A DNA stretch of 64,000 nucleotides from the NCBI GenBank assembly GCA_977020255.1, contig CDROCS010000506.1, positions 1,860,001-1,924,000 on the forward strand, read 5' to 3'. Positions 42,749-55,952 of this stretch are shown here, piece by piece. How positions within the stretch are numbered: position 1 is the first letter of the stretch; each line of letters opens with the position of its first letter. The notes beneath the pieces are model-generated. The model saw nothing but the letters and a program-made list of their open reading frames with translations, searched no databases and was not told the origin of the DNA. Both the position numbers and the translations under genes were made by a program. This DNA is from Obrimoposthia wandeli. Taxonomy: Eukaryota.

Positions 42749-43054
42749 TTACCAACTAGCCTTTTTAAGACCTGGAACTTCACCACGCATCATGTGCTCA
42801 CGTAGTTTAATACGGCTTAAACCGAATTTACGTAGGTAGCCATGAGGGCGGCCAGTGATGTTACAGCGATTACGCTGACGACTCTCACTAGAATCACGAG
42901 GTAACGATTGCAATTTAAGAACTGCATTCCAACGATCTTCGTCTGAAGTATTCACGCCAGAGATAATTGCTTTTAATTCAGCACGTTTCTCAGCGAATTT
43001 ATTTACTAGCTTCGCGCGTTTTACGTCGCGCGCTTTCATTGATTGCTTAGCCAT
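42749..43054 (-). CDS. rpsN: 30S ribosomal protein S14 (long, zinc-free form)
   Basis: [21 protein letters not shown], 101 aa. Confidence 0.99.
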   Translation of the reverse strand: MAKQSMKARDVKRAKLVNKFAEKRAELKAIISGVNTSDEDRWNAVLKLQSLPRDSSESRQRNRCNITGRPHGYLRKFGLSRIKLREHMMRGEVPGLKKASW

Positions 43055-43063
43055 GACCCTACC

Positions 43064-43603
43064 TTACTTACGGAATGGGAAATTAAAGGCAGTCAGCAGA
43101 GCATGACCTTCTTCATCAGAATTTGCAGTCGTAGTAATAGTAATGTCCATACCACGAATTTTATCGATTTTATCGTAATCGATTTCTGGGAAGATGATTT
43201 GCTCGCGAACACCCATACTGTAGTTACCACGACCATCGAACGATTTAGGGTTCAGGCCACGGAAATCGCGAATACGTGGAATTGAGATGCCGATTAGGCG
43301 CTCAAGGAATTCCCACATACGCTCACCACGTAGAGTAACTTTACAACCAATAGGATATCCTTCACGGATTTTAAAGCCAGCAACGGATTTACGAGCTTTA
43401 GTAATCAATGGTTTTTGACCAGAAATTGCAGCCATATCAGCAGCAGCATTTTCTAATACTTTTTTATCATTGATTGCTTCGCCCACACCCATATTAAGGG
43501 TGATCTTTTCAATCCGAGGGACTTGCATGATAGATTTATAGCCGAACTTAGTTTTAAGTTCAGACGCTACCGTTTCTTTGTAGTATTCATGCAGTTTCGC
43601 CAC
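43064..43603 (-). CDS. rplE: 50S ribosomal protein L5
   Basis: True start GTG at 43603 (MAKLHEYY) after a GGAG SD; [14 protein letters not shown]. Confidence 0.99.
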   Translation of the reverse strand: MAKLHEYYKETVASELKTKFGYKSIMQVPRIEKITLNMGVGEAINDKKVLENAAADMAAISGQKPLITKARKSVAGFKIREGYPIGCKVTLRGERMWEFLERLIGISIPRIRDFRGLNPKSFDGRGNYSMGVREQIIFPEIDYDKIDKIRGMDITITTTANSDEEGHALLTAFNFPFRK

Positions 43604-43615
43604 AGTTAACTCCAA

Positions 43616-43927
43616 TTAAACAAGTTCATTATTAGATTTGAAGAAACGAACTTTTTTGCCGTCTTCAAATCGGAAACCGACACGATCAGCCTTGCTTGTT
43701 GCAGGGTTGAATAGTGCCACGTTTGATGCGTCTAAAGCTGCTTCTTTCTCAATAATACCGCCAGCTACGCCCAATTGTGGGTTTGGCTTTTGATGTTTCT
43801 TGATAAGGTTAACACCTTCAACGAATATTTTACCGTCTGCTCTTACTTCAGTAACTTTGCCTTGTTTACCAGCATCTTTACCTGCAACAACGATAACTTC
43901 ATCATTTTTTAAAATTTTAGCTGCCAT
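43616..43927 (-). CDS. rplX: 50S ribosomal protein L24
   Basis: [23 protein letters not shown]. Confidence 0.99.
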   Translation of the reverse strand: MAAKILKNDEVIVVAGKDAGKQGKVTEVRADGKIFVEGVNLIKKHQKPNPQLGVAGGIIEKEAALDASNVALFNPATSKADRVGFRFEDGKKVRFFKSNNELV

Positions 43928-43936
43928 TTTCGTTCC

Positions 43937-44305
43937 TTATAGTACTTCTGGTGCCAGAGATACGATTTTCATGAACTTTTCAGTACGAAGTTCACGTGTA
44001 ACTGGGCCAAAGATACGAGTACCGATCGGCGCGCCGTTAGCGTTAAGCATAACTGCTGCGTTACGGTCGAAACGGATAGCTGCACCGTCTGTACGACGGA
44101 TTGCTGACCTAGTACGCACAACCACTGCGTTTAGAACATCACCTTTTTTTACTTTACCGCGAGGAATTGCTTCCTTAACAGTAACTTTGATGATGTCACC
44201 AACACGCGCATAGCGGCGGTGCGAACCACCTAGGACCTTGATACACTGAACGCGACGTGCGCCTGAGTTATCGGCTACGTCCAACGTAGACTGCATTTGG
44301 ATCAT
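43937..44305 (-). CDS. rplN: 50S ribosomal protein L14
   Basis: [17 protein letters not shown]. Confidence 0.99.
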   Translation of the reverse strand: MIQMQSTLDVADNSGARRVQCIKVLGGSHRRYARVGDIIKVTVKEAIPRGKVKKGDVLNAVVVRTRSAIRRTDGAAIRFDRNAAVMLNANGAPIGTRIFGPVTRELRTEKFMKIVSLAPEVL

Positions 44306-44379
44306 TATTAGTGCTCCGCAATAATTTCATTTAATCCAACATGAATTAAATGAGTCCGCTCTCTCTCAAGAGGTGGCGC

Positions 44380-44409
44380 ATTATAACACCACGGCTTTGA
44401 AAAAAGCAA
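44380..44409 (-). promoter_or_regulatory. spc operon promoter
   Basis: TTGCTT-18 bp-TATAAT with a TG extension and a GCGCCAC discriminator. Confidence 0.7.
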
Positions 44410-44421
44410 CGGAAATAGACT

Positions 44422-44453
44422 AAAAAACAAACGACCCCTAAAAGGAGCCGTTT
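44422..44453 (-). terminator. Terminator-like hairpin after rpsQ (end of S10 operon)
   Basis: Minus strand AAACGGCTCC-tttta-GGGGTCGTTT followed by GTTTTTT. Confidence 0.6.
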
Positions 44454-44482
44454 ATAGTAAGTAGAATAGTATAAACTTAAAA

Positions 44483-44728
44483 TTAAGCTTTTACTAATAC
44501 TTCTACTAATGCCCAAGTTTTAAGCTTAGACACTGGACGAGTTTCACGAATAGTAACAACATCATTTAGTTGACATTCGTTATTCTCATCATGTGCGTGC
44601 AGTTTAGTAGTACGCTTGATGAACTTACCGTATAACGGATGTTTCACTTTACGTTCTACTGCAACAACGATAGTTTTATCGCCTTTGTTGCTAACAACAC
44701 GACCCTGTACAGTACGAATAGTGCTCAT
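44483..44728 (-). CDS. rpsQ: 30S ribosomal protein S17
   Basis: Start [13 protein letters not shown] at 44728; [16 protein letters not shown]. Confidence 0.98.
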   Translation of the reverse strand: MSTIRTVQGRVVSNKGDKTIVVAVERKVKHPLYGKFIKRTTKLHAHDENNECQLNDVVTIRETRPVSKLKTWALVEVLVKA

Positions 44729-44729
44729 A

Positions 44730-44921
44730 TTATACACCCGCCTTTTCGTTCAGGATGGTCTTAACACGCGCGATATCGCGACGTACATTTTTGATTAAAT
44801 GCGTTTGTGCTAGTTGGCCAGTACTTAACTGCATACGTAAGTTAAATTGCTCACGTAGTAGGTTAAGTAACTCAGCGTTTAGCTCTTCAACATTTTTTTG
44901 TTTAAGTTCGCTAGCGTTCAT
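44730..44921 (-). CDS. rpmC: 50S ribosomal protein L29
   Basis: [25 protein letters not shown]. Confidence 0.99.
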   Translation of the reverse strand: MNASELKQKNVEELNAELLNLLREQFNLRMQLSTGQLAQTHLIKNVRRDIARVKTILNEKAGV

Positions 44922-45331
44922 TACATTACCGTCTTAGTTACGAAAGTTGTAGAAATTGGCAGTTTCGAGTCAGCTAGGCTGAATGCTTCACGTGCCAATT
45001 CTTCAGGAACTCCAGCCATTTCATAAAGGATTTTGCCTGGTTGTACTTGGCAAACCCAATACTCAACGCTACCTTTACCTTTACCTTGACGTACTTCAAG
45101 CGGCTTTTGTGTAATCGGCTTGTCTGGGAACACACGTACCCAGATTTGACCTTGACGCTTAACGTGACGAGTCATAGCACGACGTGCTGCTTCGATTTGA
45201 CGAGCAGTAATTCGACCACGACCAGTAGCTTTAAGACCGAATTCGCCGAAAGTTACGTTTCCGCCTTTTGCAAGACCGCGGTTACGGCCTTTGTGCATTT
45301 TGCGGAACTTCATGCGTTTTGGTTGCAACAT
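44921..45331 (-). CDS. rplP: 50S ribosomal protein L16
   Basis: [16 protein letters not shown]. Confidence 0.99.
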   Translation of the reverse strand: MLQPKRMKFRKMHKGRNRGLAKGGNVTFGEFGLKATGRGRITARQIEAARRAMTRHVKRQGQIWVRVFPDKPITQKPLEVRQGKGKGSVEYWVCQVQPGKILYEMAGVPEELAREAFSLADSKLPISTTFVTKTVM

Positions 45332-45342
45332 AACAGAGTCTC

Positions 45343-46047
45343 CTATTTAGCAGCTTTAGGGCTACGAGTGCGACGCTTTGGCTTAGAAGGTGCTTCAACT
45401 TCTTGAGTAAGCGGTAGCTTACCTAGAACTTCACCTTTAAAGATCCAAACTTTCACACCAATGATGCCGTAAGTTGTAAGAGCTTCTGCAGTTGAGTAAT
45501 CGATATCTGCACGAAGAGTATGTAGAGGCACACGGCCTTCACGATACCATTCAGCACGAGCGATTTCAGCTCCGCCTAAACGACCACTAACTTGAACTTT
45601 AATACCCTTAGCACCTAAACGCATTGCATTTTGTACTGCACGCTTCATAGCGCGACGGAACATAACACGACGTTCAAGTTGAGAAGCGATACCTTCAGCT
45701 ACTAATTTAGCATCTAGTTCAGGCTTACGGATTTCTGCGATATTGATTTGTGCAGAAGTACCAGTCATCTTAGCGATAGCATTACGTAGTTTTTCTACGT
45801 CTTCGCCTTTCTTACCGATAACAACGCCAGGACGAGCAGTGTGAATAGTCACACGGATGCTTTTCGCTGGACGTTCGATAACGATACGTGAAACAGATGC
45901 ATTTTTCAGTTTTTTAGTTAAAAACTGACGTACTTCGAAATCACCGTACAAATTGTCGGCGAAGTCTTTAGTGTTCGCAAACCAAGTAGAGTTAAACTGC
46001 TTGGTGATACCTAGGCGAATACCATTTGGATGAACTTTCTGACCCAT
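45343..46047 (-). CDS. rpsC: 30S ribosomal protein S3
   Basis: [13 protein letters not shown]. Confidence 0.99.
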   Translation of the reverse strand: MGQKVHPNGIRLGITKQFNSTWFANTKDFADNLYGDFEVRQFLTKKLKNASVSRIVIERPAKSIRVTIHTARPGVVIGKKGEDVEKLRNAIAKMTGTSAQINIAEIRKPELDAKLVAEGIASQLERRVMFRRAMKRAVQNAMRLGAKGIKVQVSGRLGGAEIARAEWYREGRVPLHTLRADIDYSTAEALTTYGIIGVKVWIFKGEVLGKLPLTQEVEAPSKPKRRTRSPKAAK

Positions 46048-46064
46048 TGTTTTCTCCTAGTCTC

Positions 46065-46397
46065 TTAGCGTGTTGCTACAACAATTGTGATGTGGCTAGT
46101 ACGCTTCAAGATGCGATCTGCACGACCTTTAGCACGTGGCATGATACGCTTCATAGTAGGACCAGCGTCAACAAACGCTGTAGCTACTACTAACTCATCA
46201 ATATCCGCACCTTCGTTGTGTTCAGCGTTTGCGATAGCAGACTCAAGAACTTTTTTAACTTGTACAGCAGCTTTTTTAGTGCTGAAAGTTAAAACTTCAA
46301 GAGCCTTTTCCACTGGTAAACCACGAATAAGGTCAATGACCAAACGTGCTTTCTGTGGAGAGCCTGAGGCGAAACGGTGTTTAGCTAATGCTTCCAT
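46065..46397 (-). CDS. rplV: 50S ribosomal protein L22
   Basis: [25 protein letters not shown]. Confidence 0.99.
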   Translation of the reverse strand: MEALAKHRFASGSPQKARLVIDLIRGLPVEKALEVLTFSTKKAAVQVKKVLESAIANAEHNEGADIDELVVATAFVDAGPTMKRIMPRAKGRADRILKRTSHITIVVATR

Positions 46398-46407
46398 CTA
46401 ATTTCTC

Positions 46408-46704
<297 letters not shown>

Positions 46705-47532
46705 TTACTTGTTGCGACGACGTACGATAAGTTTATCAGTACGCTTGTTCTTACGAGTTTTGTAACCCTTAGTAGGCATACCCCAAGGTGAAACCGGATG
46801 ACGGCCACCAGAAGTACGACCTTCACCACCACCGTGCGGGTGATCAACCGGGTTCATTACAACACCACGTACTGTTGGGCGAACACCGCGCCAGCGGCTA
46901 GCACCAGCTTTACCAAGTTGGCGAAGCATGTGTTCTGCGTTACCAACTTCACCAATCGTTGCACGACAATCTACTAATACTTTACGCATTTCGCCAGAGC
47001 GAAGACGTAGAGTAACGTATGAGTTATCACGAGCAATGATTTGAACGTATGTACCAGCAGAACGTGCAATTTGAGCACCTTTACCTGGCTTCATTTCCAC
47101 AGCGTGTACAGTTGTACCTACTGGGATGTTACGCATTGGTAATGTGTTACCAGCTTTAATAGCTGCATCAACACCAGAAACGATAATATCACCAGCTTGC
47201 ATACCTTTAGCAGCTAGAACGTAACGACGTTCACCATCTGCGTAAAGTGCAAGTGCAATGTTAGCAGAACGGTTTGGATCATATTCCAAACGCTCTACTT
47301 TTGCAGGGATACCATCTTTATCATTACGTTTTAAGTCAATGATACGGTAATGTTGCTTATGACCGCCGCCGTGATGACGAACAGTAATACGACCGTTATT
47401 ATTACGGCCACCAGATTTAGATTTTTTCTCTAAAAGTGGAGCATGTGGTTTGCCTTTATGCAAATCCGGGTTCACTACCTTAACAAGGTGGCGACGACCT
47501 GGAGAAGTAGGCTTACACTTAACAATAGCCAT
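46705..47532 (-). CDS. rplB: 50S ribosomal protein L2
   Basis: [28 protein letters not shown]. Confidence 0.99.
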   Translation of the reverse strand: MAIVKCKPTSPGRRHLVKVVNPDLHKGKPHAPLLEKKSKSGGRNNNGRITVRHHGGGHKQHYRIIDLKRNDKDGIPAKVERLEYDPNRSANIALALYADGERRYVLAAKGMQAGDIIVSGVDAAIKAGNTLPMRNIPVGTTVHAVEMKPGKGAQIARSAGTYVQIIARDNSYVTLRLRSGEMRKVLVDCRATIGEVGNAEHMLRQLGKAGASRWRGVRPTVRGVVMNPVDHPHGGGEGRTSGGRHPVSPWGMPTKGYKTRKNKRTDKLIVRRRNK

Positions 47533-47550
47533 TATTCAGAATCCCCTTGA

Positions 47551-47850
47551 TTATTCAGCACTGCCGAAATCGATGTCAGCGCCGTCAGCTAGAGTAACGT
47601 AAGCTTTTTTGATATCTGAACGACGACCAAAACGAGCGCCAGTGCGCTTAGTTTTACCCTTCAATACCAATGTGCTTACATTTTTAACTTCAACTTCAAA
47701 AAGTTTTGCAACAGCTGCTTTAACTTCAGCTTTAGTAGCATCTAGTGCAACTTTGAAAACGATTGTGTTGTTGTTTTCAGCAGACATAGTGCTCTTTTCA
47801 GAGATATGTGGCGCTAGGATAACTTTCAATAAACGTTCTTCACTGATCAT
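47551..47850 (-). CDS. rplW: 50S ribosomal protein L23
   Basis: [15 protein letters not shown]. Confidence 0.99.
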   Translation of the reverse strand: MISEERLLKVILAPHISEKSTMSAENNNTIVFKVALDATKAEVKAAVAKLFEVEVKNVSTLVLKGKTKRTGARFGRRSDIKKAYVTLADGADIDFGSAE

Positions 47851-48452
47851 TTTAAGTTCTCCTCAATCTGCTTAACTGCAGCTGCAGTCATAACAACTTT
47901 GTTGAACGCGATTAGGCTAACTGGATCAATACCAGCAACGTCACGAACATCAACTTTGTAAAGGTTACGAGCAGCTAAGAATAAGTTCTCATCAACTTCA
48001 GCGCCTACGATTAGAACGTCGTTCAAATCGAAGTCTTTTAGTTTAGCAACTAATTCTTTAGTCTTAGGAGTTTCAACAGCGAACTGTTCAACTACAATAA
48101 GACGCTCTTGACGTACCAATTCAGAAAGGATGCTTTTGATCGCTCCACGGTACATCTTAGTGTTAACTTTTTGGCTGTGGTCCTGAGGACGCGCAGCAAA
48201 AGTTACACCACCTTTACGCCAGATCGGGCTGCTTGCAGTACCTGCACGAGCACGACCAGTACCTTTTTGACGCCATGGTTTTTTACCACCACCTGCAACG
48301 TCAGAACGGTTTTTCTGTGCACGAGTACCTTGACGCGCGCCAGCAGCATACGCTGTAACTACCTGGTGAACCAGAGCTTCATTAAACTCACGTCCGAAGG
48401 TAGTTTCTGAAACTTCAAGAGCACCTTGTGCGTCTTTCAATATCAATTCCAT
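47847..48452 (-). CDS. rplD: 50S ribosomal protein L4
   Basis: [15 protein letters not shown]. Confidence 0.99.
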   Translation of the reverse strand: MELILKDAQGALEVSETTFGREFNEALVHQVVTAYAAGARQGTRAQKNRSDVAGGGKKPWRQKGTGRARAGTASSPIWRKGGVTFAARPQDHSQKVNTKMYRGAIKSILSELVRQERLIVVEQFAVETPKTKELVAKLKDFDLNDVLIVGAEVDENLFLAARNLYKVDVRDVAGIDPVSLIAFNKVVMTAAAVKQIEENLK

Positions 48453-48468
48453 TACTAATATCCTCGGA

Positions 48469-49104
48469 TTAAGCTTTAACAGCTGGTTTGATAATTACGT
48501 TGCCGTTGATCGCACCTGGAATAGCACCTTTAACAAGTACTAGGTTGCGTTCACTATCAACACGTACCACATCAAGAGACTGAATCGTTACACGTTCAGC
48601 ACCCATGTGACCTGCCATTTTCTTGCCTTTAAATACGCGACCTGGAGTTTGGCATTGGCCAATTGAACCCGGTGCACGGTGAGCAAGTGAGTTACCATGA
48701 GTAGCATCTTGCATAGCAAAGTTCCAACGTTTAATAACGCCCGCGAAACCTTTACCTTTAGATGTACCTGTAACGTCTACTTTAATCGTTTCAGCAAAAA
48801 TGTTAACGTTTAGCTCAGAGCCAACTTCAACAGCTTCGCCTTCGCCTGTTTCCAGACGGAATTCCCAAAGGCCACGACCAGCTTCAACTTTAGCTTTAGC
48901 GAAATGACCCGCTTCTGGCTTGTTTACTCTGCTAGCTTTTTTCGTGCCAGTGGTCACTTGAAGTGCGCGGTAACCGTCAGTTTCAAGTGTTTTAACTTGA
49001 GTAACGCGGTTAGGCTCACATTCAATAACGGATACTGGGATAGAAACGCCATCTTCAGTGAAGATACGTGTCATACCAACTTTACGTCCGATTAGACCGA
49101 TCAT
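48469..49104 (-). CDS. rplC: 50S ribosomal protein L3
   Basis: [21 protein letters not shown]. Confidence 0.99.
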   Translation of the reverse strand: MIGLIGRKVGMTRIFTEDGVSIPVSVIECEPNRVTQVKTLETDGYRALQVTTGTKKASRVNKPEAGHFAKAKVEAGRGLWEFRLETGEGEAVEVGSELNVNIFAETIKVDVTGTSKGKGFAGVIKRWNFAMQDATHGNSLAHRAPGSIGQCQTPGRVFKGKKMAGHMGAERVTIQSLDVVRVDSERNLVLVKGAIPGAINGNVIIKPAVKA

Positions 49105-49142
49105 TATAATAACCTCAATATAAATCGTTGTTTTAGAACTTA

Positions 49143-49475
<333 letters not shown>

Positions 49476-49650
49476 TTAAACACACAAAAAAATTCGACAT
49501 CCACATCTATCATAAAATAGATCGTGAACACGATATCTTTAACTTGTTGATTCCCCTATCGGGAATCTTGATGACTGACCACTAATACTTTAACTCAAGG
49601 TTAAAATAATAACATAGTGATTCAGCTTCTTGCCTAAGCAAGTGAAACGT

Positions 49651-49678
49651 ATTATACATGACCTCTTGCCATTAGCAA
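49651..49678 (-). promoter_or_regulatory. S10 operon promoter, giving a leader of about 190 nt (the L4-regulated leader in E. coli)
   Basis: TTGCTA-16 bp-TATAAT on the minus strand. Confidence 0.65.
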
Positions 49679-49845
49679 GAAGAAGTTCAACATAAGAAGT
49701 AAATCATTACGTCGTACTTGTTAAGCCATAAAGTATTGAATCATTGTAATAACGCTCAGTACTTTTAACCGTTCCTTAATTTGTCGAGACATTATATAGA
49801 CTGTCAAGATTAAGTACAAGTGACTTTATCTACATTATTAAAACT

Positions 49846-49871
49846 AAAAAAGCACCCACATCGGGTGCTTT
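49846..49871 (-). terminator. Terminator of the arg operon
   Basis: Minus strand AAAGCACCCG-atgt-GGGTGCTTTTTT. Confidence 0.8.
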
Positions 49872-49889
49872 AAATAAGTAAGTGGTAAA

Positions 49890-51779
49890 TTAAGATGCTA
49901 GCTGTTCGACCTTCAAACTCGTGGTTTGATTAATCGCATTAAGCTTAAATTCTAATGCGACCTCATCACATGCATGCTGGCGTGGACACATATCGCAATC
50001 TTTCAACACTTTTTCAGGCAACATTGATTTGCTGGTTGAGCTAAAGCCAAGTTTCATAAAGAATTCAGGGACGCGTGTTAATACAAACACTTTTTGAATC
50101 GCCATCTGTTCTGCTTTACGTAACATGTATTCGACAACAGCCTTACCTTGCCCACCGCCTTGATAACCTGGTTCAATCCCCAACGAGCGGATCTCTGCAA
50201 GTCCGGTATCGTAAACATAGATAGACGCACAGCCTGTTACCTGATGATGCTTTTCGGTAACCGCAAAGGTACCAACTGCTTTCACTAAGTCTGGACGACT
50301 ACGTGGTAAGTTCTCACCTATATTAGCCCAGTAATTTACCATGCGCTCGATATCATCAAGATCGGTTAACCGTGCGGCACGAATACTAATGCCAGAAGTA
50401 TCACGTTCTTCTAAACGTTTCTCAGCGTTAGTTAAAGCAAATTCGACTTGTACTGGTGATACCCCACCCTGTGCTTTACGTTTTGCTAATGTTTCATCAA
50501 GTGATAGATGATGGTAAACATCATCCTCAATTAATACATCAAACGCTTTAAATTCAGCAAGCGTCAGATCTTCTAAGGGTACACCTTTCTGGATTGCAGC
50601 AACAACCGCTTCACCTACGATATGGTGGGAGTCACGGAATGGTACACCTTTAGCAACGAGGTAATCAGCCAATTCAGTCGCATTTGAATAACCGCCAAGC
50701 GCAGCTTCTTTAGTTCGCTCTTCATTGATCTTCATGCCGACTAATGACATAGCAGCCATCTGTAGACAATCACTCCACGTATCAAGCGCATCAAACAAGC
50801 CTTCTTTATCTTCTTGCATATCTTTGTTGTATGCTAATGGCAGCGCTTTTAATGTCATTAACATCGCACTGAGCGAGCCAAATACACGACCGGTTTTACC
50901 ACGGATCAGTTCTAATGCATCCGGGTTTTTCTTTTGTGGCATTAATGATGAACCTGAGGTCACCGCATCAGCCAACTCAATAAAGTTAGATTCACCCGAG
51001 TTATAGAAAATTAAATCTTCAGCTAAACGCGACAAGTGGATCATCGACATGCTTGCCGTGCTCATTAATTCCATTACATGGTCACGATCAGATACTGAAT
51101 CTAGACTATTCAATGTCGCACTGGCAAAACCAAGTGTGTGTGCTAATTCAGTTCTATCCATTGGGTAGGCTGTACCCGCGAGTGCGCCAGAGCCTAATGG
51201 ACAAGTATCAAGACGTTTCAAACAATCTGTTAAACGGCTAAAGTCACGCTCTAACATTTCAACATAAGCCAAACACCAATGTGAGAATGTAACAGGCTGC
51301 GCACGCTGTAAATGAGTATAACCCGGTAATACAGTGTGCTGATGCTCGCGCGCTAAAGTGACTAATTGCTGCTGGGTTTTATCCAGTTGCATAAGGAGTT
51401 GTTCACCCTGCTGCTTACACCACAATTTTAAATCTGTCGCAACTTGGTCATTACGGCTACGGCCGGTATGGAGCTTTTTACCTAAATCACCGACTTTAGC
51501 AATAAGCTGTGTTTCAACCCAACTGTGAATATCTTCAGCATCACTTTGTAGGATCTGTTCTGGGTTTTCTAATACCGCAAGCTTCAGATCATTTAAAGCT
51601 GCTTCAATGGTCACTTGCTCATCTTGCGTTAAGATGCCTACGCTAACCAAGGCTTTTGACCATGCCACTGAACCTGTAATATCTTGTTCAGCTAAACGAT
51701 AGTCAAACCGCAGTGAATCATTAAACGTTTTAAATCTTGCATCAGCTGCTTGACTGAATCTACCGCCCCATAGTGCCAT
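49890..51779 (-). CDS. argH: Bifunctional argininosuccinate lyase / short N-acetylglutamate synthase ArgH(A)
   Basis: [30 protein letters not shown] in the first ~460 aa, then a GNAT domain (LAEIRSL...[28 protein letters not shown]). Confidence 0.97.
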   Translation of the reverse strand: MALWGGRFSQAADARFKTFNDSLRFDYRLAEQDITGSVAWSKALVSVGILTQDEQVTIEAALNDLKLAVLENPEQILQSDAEDIHSWVETQLIAKVGDLGKKLHTGRSRNDQVATDLKLWCKQQGEQLLMQLDKTQQQLVTLAREHQHTVLPGYTHLQRAQPVTFSHWCLAYVEMLERDFSRLTDCLKRLDTCPLGSGALAGTAYPMDRTELAHTLGFASATLNSLDSVSDRDHVMELMSTASMSMIHLSRLAEDLIFYNSGESNFIELADAVTSGSSLMPQKKNPDALELIRGKTGRVFGSLSAMLMTLKALPLAYNKDMQEDKEGLFDALDTWSDCLQMAAMSLVGMKINEERTKEAALGGYSNATELADYLVAKGVPFRDSHHIVGEAVVAAIQKGVPLEDLTLAEFKAFDVLIEDDVYHHLSLDETLAKRKAQGGVSPVQVEFALTNAEKRLEERDTSGISIRAARLTDLDDIERMVNYWANIGENLPRSRPDLVKAVGTFAVTEKHHQVTGCASIYVYDTGLAEIRSLGIEPGYQGGGQGKAVVEYMLRKAEQMAIQKVFVLTRVPEFFMKLGFSSTSKSMLPEKVLKDCDMCPRQHACDEVALEFKLNAINQTTSLKVEQLAS

Positions 51780-51860
51780 GGTTACATCCTTATTCTTTCT
51801 ATCTATATATTAGAAATATGTATATTCGAAGTAGAGGGCGATTAATGCCCTCATATAACA

Positions 51861-53075
51861 TTACTTAGTTGATAAAGCTTTAATACGGCTAGACAACGAA
51901 TATAAACGGATGAAACCTTCCGCATGGCTTTGATCATAGACATTATCATCACCAAATGTAGCGAACTCTTCACTATAAAGGCTGTTTGGTGATTTTTTCT
52001 GGATTGCTTGTACTGAACCTTTGTACATCTTAACGATGACTTCACCGTTCATTTCTTCTGCTAATGTACCTGCAGCAGCAAGTAATGATGCACATAAAGG
52101 TGTAAACCAACGACCGTCATAAACAAGGTGTGAAAATTCAGCTGCAACAGTCTGTTTCCATTTACGTGTCGTTTTATCTAATACTAACTCTTCAATACCA
52201 CGTAGTGCTTCCACCATTACCGTGCCACCTGGAGTTTCGTAACAACCACGAGACTTCATGCCCACTAAACGGTTTTCAACGATATCAACACGACCTACAC
52301 CATGTGCAGCTGCTTTTTCATTAAGATACATCAGCGTTTGGTAAGGAGACATCTCTTCACCGTTAACGGCTGTGATTTCACCCTTAACTACAGATATAGT
52401 TAGAAATTCAGGTTCGTTCGGTGCATCAATCGGATCAACTGTCATGGTCCAAACTTGCTTGCTTGGTTGGTTCCATGGGTCTTCTAACTCACCACCTTCA
52501 TGAGAAATGTGCCAAGCATTGGCATCACGGCTATAAATTTTCTCTGCTGATGCAGCAGTTGGAATGTCACGTTCAGCTAAGTATTCAAGTAGTGATTCAC
52601 GGCTGGTTAAGTCCCAGATACGCCAAGGGGCAATAACCGTTAACTCAGGAGCTAGTGCTGCAAAGCATGATTCAAAACGGATCTGATCATTACCTTTACC
52701 AGTACAACCGTGGCAAAGTGCATCAGCGCCAACTTTACGGGCAACTTCAACTTGCGCTTTGGCAATGATAGGACGCGCCATTGATGTACCTAAAAGGTAA
52801 GTGCCTTCATATACAGCACCTGTTTTAAGCGTTGGGTAAATATAGTTTTCTACAAGCTCATCTTTTAGATCAACCACGTAGCACTCAGACGCACCCGAAG
52901 CCAATGCTTTCGCTTCAATGCCTTCAAGTTCTTCAGCGCCTTGACCTACATCGGCAACAAAGGCAACAATTTCACAATTGTCATAGTTCTCTTGTAACCA
53001 AGGTAAGATCACTGAAGTATCTAAACCACCAGAATACGCTACTACTACTTTCTTAACTGTTTGTGTCATTTTCAT
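51861..53075 (-). CDS. argG: Argininosuccinate synthase
   Basis: [39 protein letters not shown]. The start may be the ATG at 53069. Confidence 0.98.
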   Translation of the reverse strand: MKMTQTVKKVVVAYSGGLDTSVILPWLQENYDNCEIVAFVADVGQGAEELEGIEAKALASGASECYVVDLKDELVENYIYPTLKTGAVYEGTYLLGTSMARPIIAKAQVEVARKVGADALCHGCTGKGNDQIRFESCFAALAPELTVIAPWRIWDLTSRESLLEYLAERDIPTAASAEKIYSRDANAWHISHEGGELEDPWNQPSKQVWTMTVDPIDAPNEPEFLTISVVKGEITAVNGEEMSPYQTLMYLNEKAAAHGVGRVDIVENRLVGMKSRGCYETPGGTVMVEALRGIEELVLDKTTRKWKQTVAAEFSHLVYDGRWFTPLCASLLAAAGTLAEEMNGEVIVKMYKGSVQAIQKKSPNSLYSEEFATFGDDNVYDQSHAEGFIRLYSLSSRIKALSTK

Positions 53076-53088
53076 TTTCCTTAATATG

Positions 53089-53994
53089 TTACTTCAGCAA
53101 TGTCAGTAAAACTGCATTTTGGGCGTGCATTCTATTTTCGGCTTGGTCAAAGATCAGCGAGTGTTCGCCATCCATCACTTCTGATGTGATCTCTAACTCA
53201 CGGTGAGCCGGCTGACAATGCAATACATGTTTGATTCCTGTGCGTATCAGCAACGCTTGATTAATCTGATACGGCATGTACTTTTCTTTTACTTGCGCCA
53301 ATGGTGTGTCATCACCCATTGATACCCAAGTATCACCATAAATAACATCATAATCAACTATGTCATCTAGGTTATCTGTTACATTTATTTTACCACCGCT
53401 AATTTCAGCTAACGCCATGGCTTGTTTAACAATTTGTGCATCTGGACTACTGCCACGTGGACACACTGCAGTCACTTCAGCACCTAAGATAGCGCCGGTA
53501 AGCATTAATGAATGCGTAACGTTATTTCCTTCACCAACATACGCTAATTTTACTTTAGAAACATCTTCATAGTGTTCCGAAATTGTTAAGAAATCAGCCA
53601 ATGCCTGGCAAGGGTGGTATAAATCACATAAAGAATTAACCACTGGCACTGAACCATGTTCAACTAAACCTTCTAACGTTTTATGACTCACCACGCGCGC
53701 AACAATCGCATCTGCCCAACGAGAAATGTTGGCCGCGAAGTCTTTTACTGTCTCACGTTCACCAATAGCACCGTTTTGTGAATCAAGATAAACCGCATGA
53801 CCACCTAACTTATGAATACCAATATCAAAAGTAACGCGTGTTCGTAGTGACTGTTTTTCATAAATGGTGACAATACTTTTACCCGCTAATGCCTGTGAGT
53901 ATTCCGCCGGATTGGCTTTCACTGCTTTAGCTAGTGCTAATAAGTCAAGGATCTGTTGTTTACTTAAATCTTTAACTGATAATAAATTTTCCAT
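53089..53994 (-). CDS. argF: Ornithine carbamoyltransferase
   Basis: [37 protein letters not shown]. Confidence 0.96.
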   Translation of the reverse strand: MENLLSVKDLSKQQILDLLALAKAVKANPAEYSQALAGKSIVTIYEKQSLRTRVTFDIGIHKLGGHAVYLDSQNGAIGERETVKDFAANISRWADAIVARVVSHKTLEGLVEHGSVPVVNSLCDLYHPCQALADFLTISEHYEDVSKVKLAYVGEGNNVTHSLMLTGAILGAEVTAVCPRGSSPDAQIVKQAMALAEISGGKINVTDNLDDIVDYDVIYGDTWVSMGDDTPLAQVKEKYMPYQINQALLIRTGIKHVLHCQPAHRELEITSEVMDGEHSLIFDQAENRMHAQNAVLLTLLK

Positions 53995-54020
53995 GATCGA
54001 ACTCCGTTATCTGATCAATA

Positions 54021-54803
54021 TTAGCTAGAAACTTTCGTTCCCTCTACTTCACCATTTAATAATGCCACTAACCGTTCAGGCACTTTCCAACTCGCTAATT
54101 TAATATCGCGATTTAATGATGCAGCCGCTTTTAACGCTGCTCTCACTTTTACTTCCATACCACCATTAATCACACCAGCCGTAATCAATTCATCGGCATA
54201 ATGGCTATTCATTTCAGGAATTAACTGCATATCCGCATCTAAAATGCCTTCAACATCAGATAACATCACCAAATCTGCATTAAGCGTTTCGCAAATAGCC
54301 GTTGCCGCTTGGTCAGCATTGACGTTTAATAATTGCCCTTGAGCATCAATACCAATAGAACTAATAATTGGTAAAAACCCGCCATTAAGCAGCGCGGTTA
54401 ATAATGCAGGGTCTCCCGCTTCACATTCACCAACAGCGCCAAGCCCTGCTGTTGATTGCGTTACCGTCGATATACCACCGTCAGCAAGACTCAAGCCGAC
54501 AACTTTAACGCCAAGTTTAATACCCTGCGCCATTAATACTTTATTCGCCGTGCCCGCTAATGCGCCAGTGATATAACCGATATCGCTTTTAGGGGTAACA
54601 CGTAAACCGTTTTTCTTTTCACTAACAATGTTCATTTTTGCTAATAATTCATCAACAAAACAGCCACCGCCATGCACCAAGATAAGCGGGCGTGATGCGG
54701 TTGCTTGAAATTCAGTTAATGCACTAAAAAGCTGCTCAAGTGCCGTTTCATTTTCAAGTAATGCGCCGCCAAGTTTTAATACTAAAGGAGTTGTCATGTT
54801 CAT
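54021..54803 (-). CDS. argB: Acetylglutamate kinase
   Basis: VLKLGG, VHGGG, GLRVT, NVNADQAA, GGMEVKV. The start may be the ATG at 54797. Confidence 0.97.
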   Translation of the reverse strand: MNMTTPLVLKLGGALLENETALEQLFSALTEFQATASRPLILVHGGGCFVDELLAKMNIVSEKKNGLRVTPKSDIGYITGALAGTANKVLMAQGIKLGVKVVGLSLADGGISTVTQSTAGLGAVGECEAGDPALLTALLNGGFLPIISSIGIDAQGQLLNVNADQAATAICETLNADLVMLSDVEGILDADMQLIPEMNSHYADELITAGVINGGMEVKVRAALKAAASLNRDIKLASWKVPERLVALLNGEVEGTKVSS

Positions 54804-54807
54804 ATCC

Positions 54808-55818
54808 TTATACTAATGACGTCGTCATTGGAAAGCCAAAACGAATGTTAATACACTGCATTGCTTGTGCTGCAGCACCTTTTAATAAGTTATCAATCGC
54901 CGACACAACAATTAAATCTTGTCCTTGTTGTTGCCATGCTAGATCGCAATAAGCTGTTTTCTCGACAGCTTTAATACTTGGCCAGCCACTTGGCAATAAA
55001 CGTACCATCGGCTGGTCTTGATAAGCTTCTTGATAAGCTGCCGTTACTTGCTCAGGTGTTACGCCAGCAACTAGTTTGACGTTAATTGTTGCTAATATGC
55101 CGCGTTTAAAGCTACCCAAGTGCGGCGTAAAAATAACCTCATGGCCTAGGTGTGTACTAATTTCTGGTTGATGACGGTGATTAAATACACCATAAGGGGC
55201 ATGGCTCACTTCGCAAAAAGCAGATGCTAATGACGCTTTACGTCCAGCCCCACTCACACCACTCACTGCATTGATAATAGGTTTCTGTTCAGCAGCGATA
55301 AGACCGTGTTGCGCTAATGGTTTTAGTGCTGATAACGACGCCGTTGGGTAACAGCCTGGAACAGCAATCAAATTTGCTTCAGCTATATCAGCACTCGCCC
55401 ATTCAGCTAAACCATAAACAGCACTTTTCAATTCTTTATCGAAGTTATGTTTAAAGCCGTAATAATTTTCGTAGAAAGCGGGATCGTTAACTCTAAAAGC
55501 ACCCGACAAATCAAATACCACAGCACCTTGAGCTAAAAACTCAGCGGCAATATCGTGGCTAACTTCATGTGCAGTAGCCAGTACAACGATATCGATATCC
55601 TGACAAATGTTTTTAATATTAGCAGTAGCTAACGGCTCAATCGTTTGGTCGACAACATTTAATAAATGACCATATAAAGAAGAAAACGATTTGCCAGCAT
55701 CTAAGCTGTGTTCTGAAACATACAAACCGGCAAGCTCGAGTTCAGGATGTTTAGTAATGTAATGGGCTAGTTCAGCGCCGGTATACCCGGTCGCGCCGAC
55801 TAAAATTGTTTTTAACAT
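54808..55818 (-). CDS. argC: N-acetyl-gamma-glutamyl-phosphate reductase
   Basis: [44 protein letters not shown]. Confidence 0.98.
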   Translation of the reverse strand: MLKTILVGATGYTGAELAHYITKHPELELAGLYVSEHSLDAGKSFSSLYGHLLNVVDQTIEPLATANIKNICQDIDIVVLATAHEVSHDIAAEFLAQGAVVFDLSGAFRVNDPAFYENYYGFKHNFDKELKSAVYGLAEWASADIAEANLIAVPGCYPTASLSALKPLAQHGLIAAEQKPIINAVSGVSGAGRKASLASAFCEVSHAPYGVFNHRHQPEISTHLGHEVIFTPHLGSFKRGILATINVKLVAGVTPEQVTAAYQEAYQDQPMVRLLPSGWPSIKAVEKTAYCDLAWQQQGQDLIVVSAIDNLLKGAAAQAMQCINIRFGFPMTTSLV

Positions 55819-55913
55819 GTTTGACTTCCGTGTTTGCTAAATTGTAAAACGATGGGCAATTGCGCCCTTTTCGGTTGCACTCGCCTAATCAAATTAAGCG
55901 ACATCAATGCATT

Positions 55914-55952
55914 TTAAATACTGTCTCGTCGAAACCATGAAAAACGATTCAT
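55914..55952 (-). other. Candidate Arg-rich leader peptide MNRFSWFRRDSI in the argC 5' leader
   Basis: ATG AAT CGT TTT TCA TGG TTT CGA CGA GAC AGT ATT TAA, followed by several hairpins. The Shine-Dalgarno is weak (TGGGT). Confidence 0.45.

Noticed and set aside
41786-44737. N-terminal extensions given by the ORF track for L6, L5 and S17 (also SSB, YkgJ and the OPX)
   Set aside because: Downstream starts match the known N-termini and have proper Shine-Dalgarno sites; coordinates were corrected.
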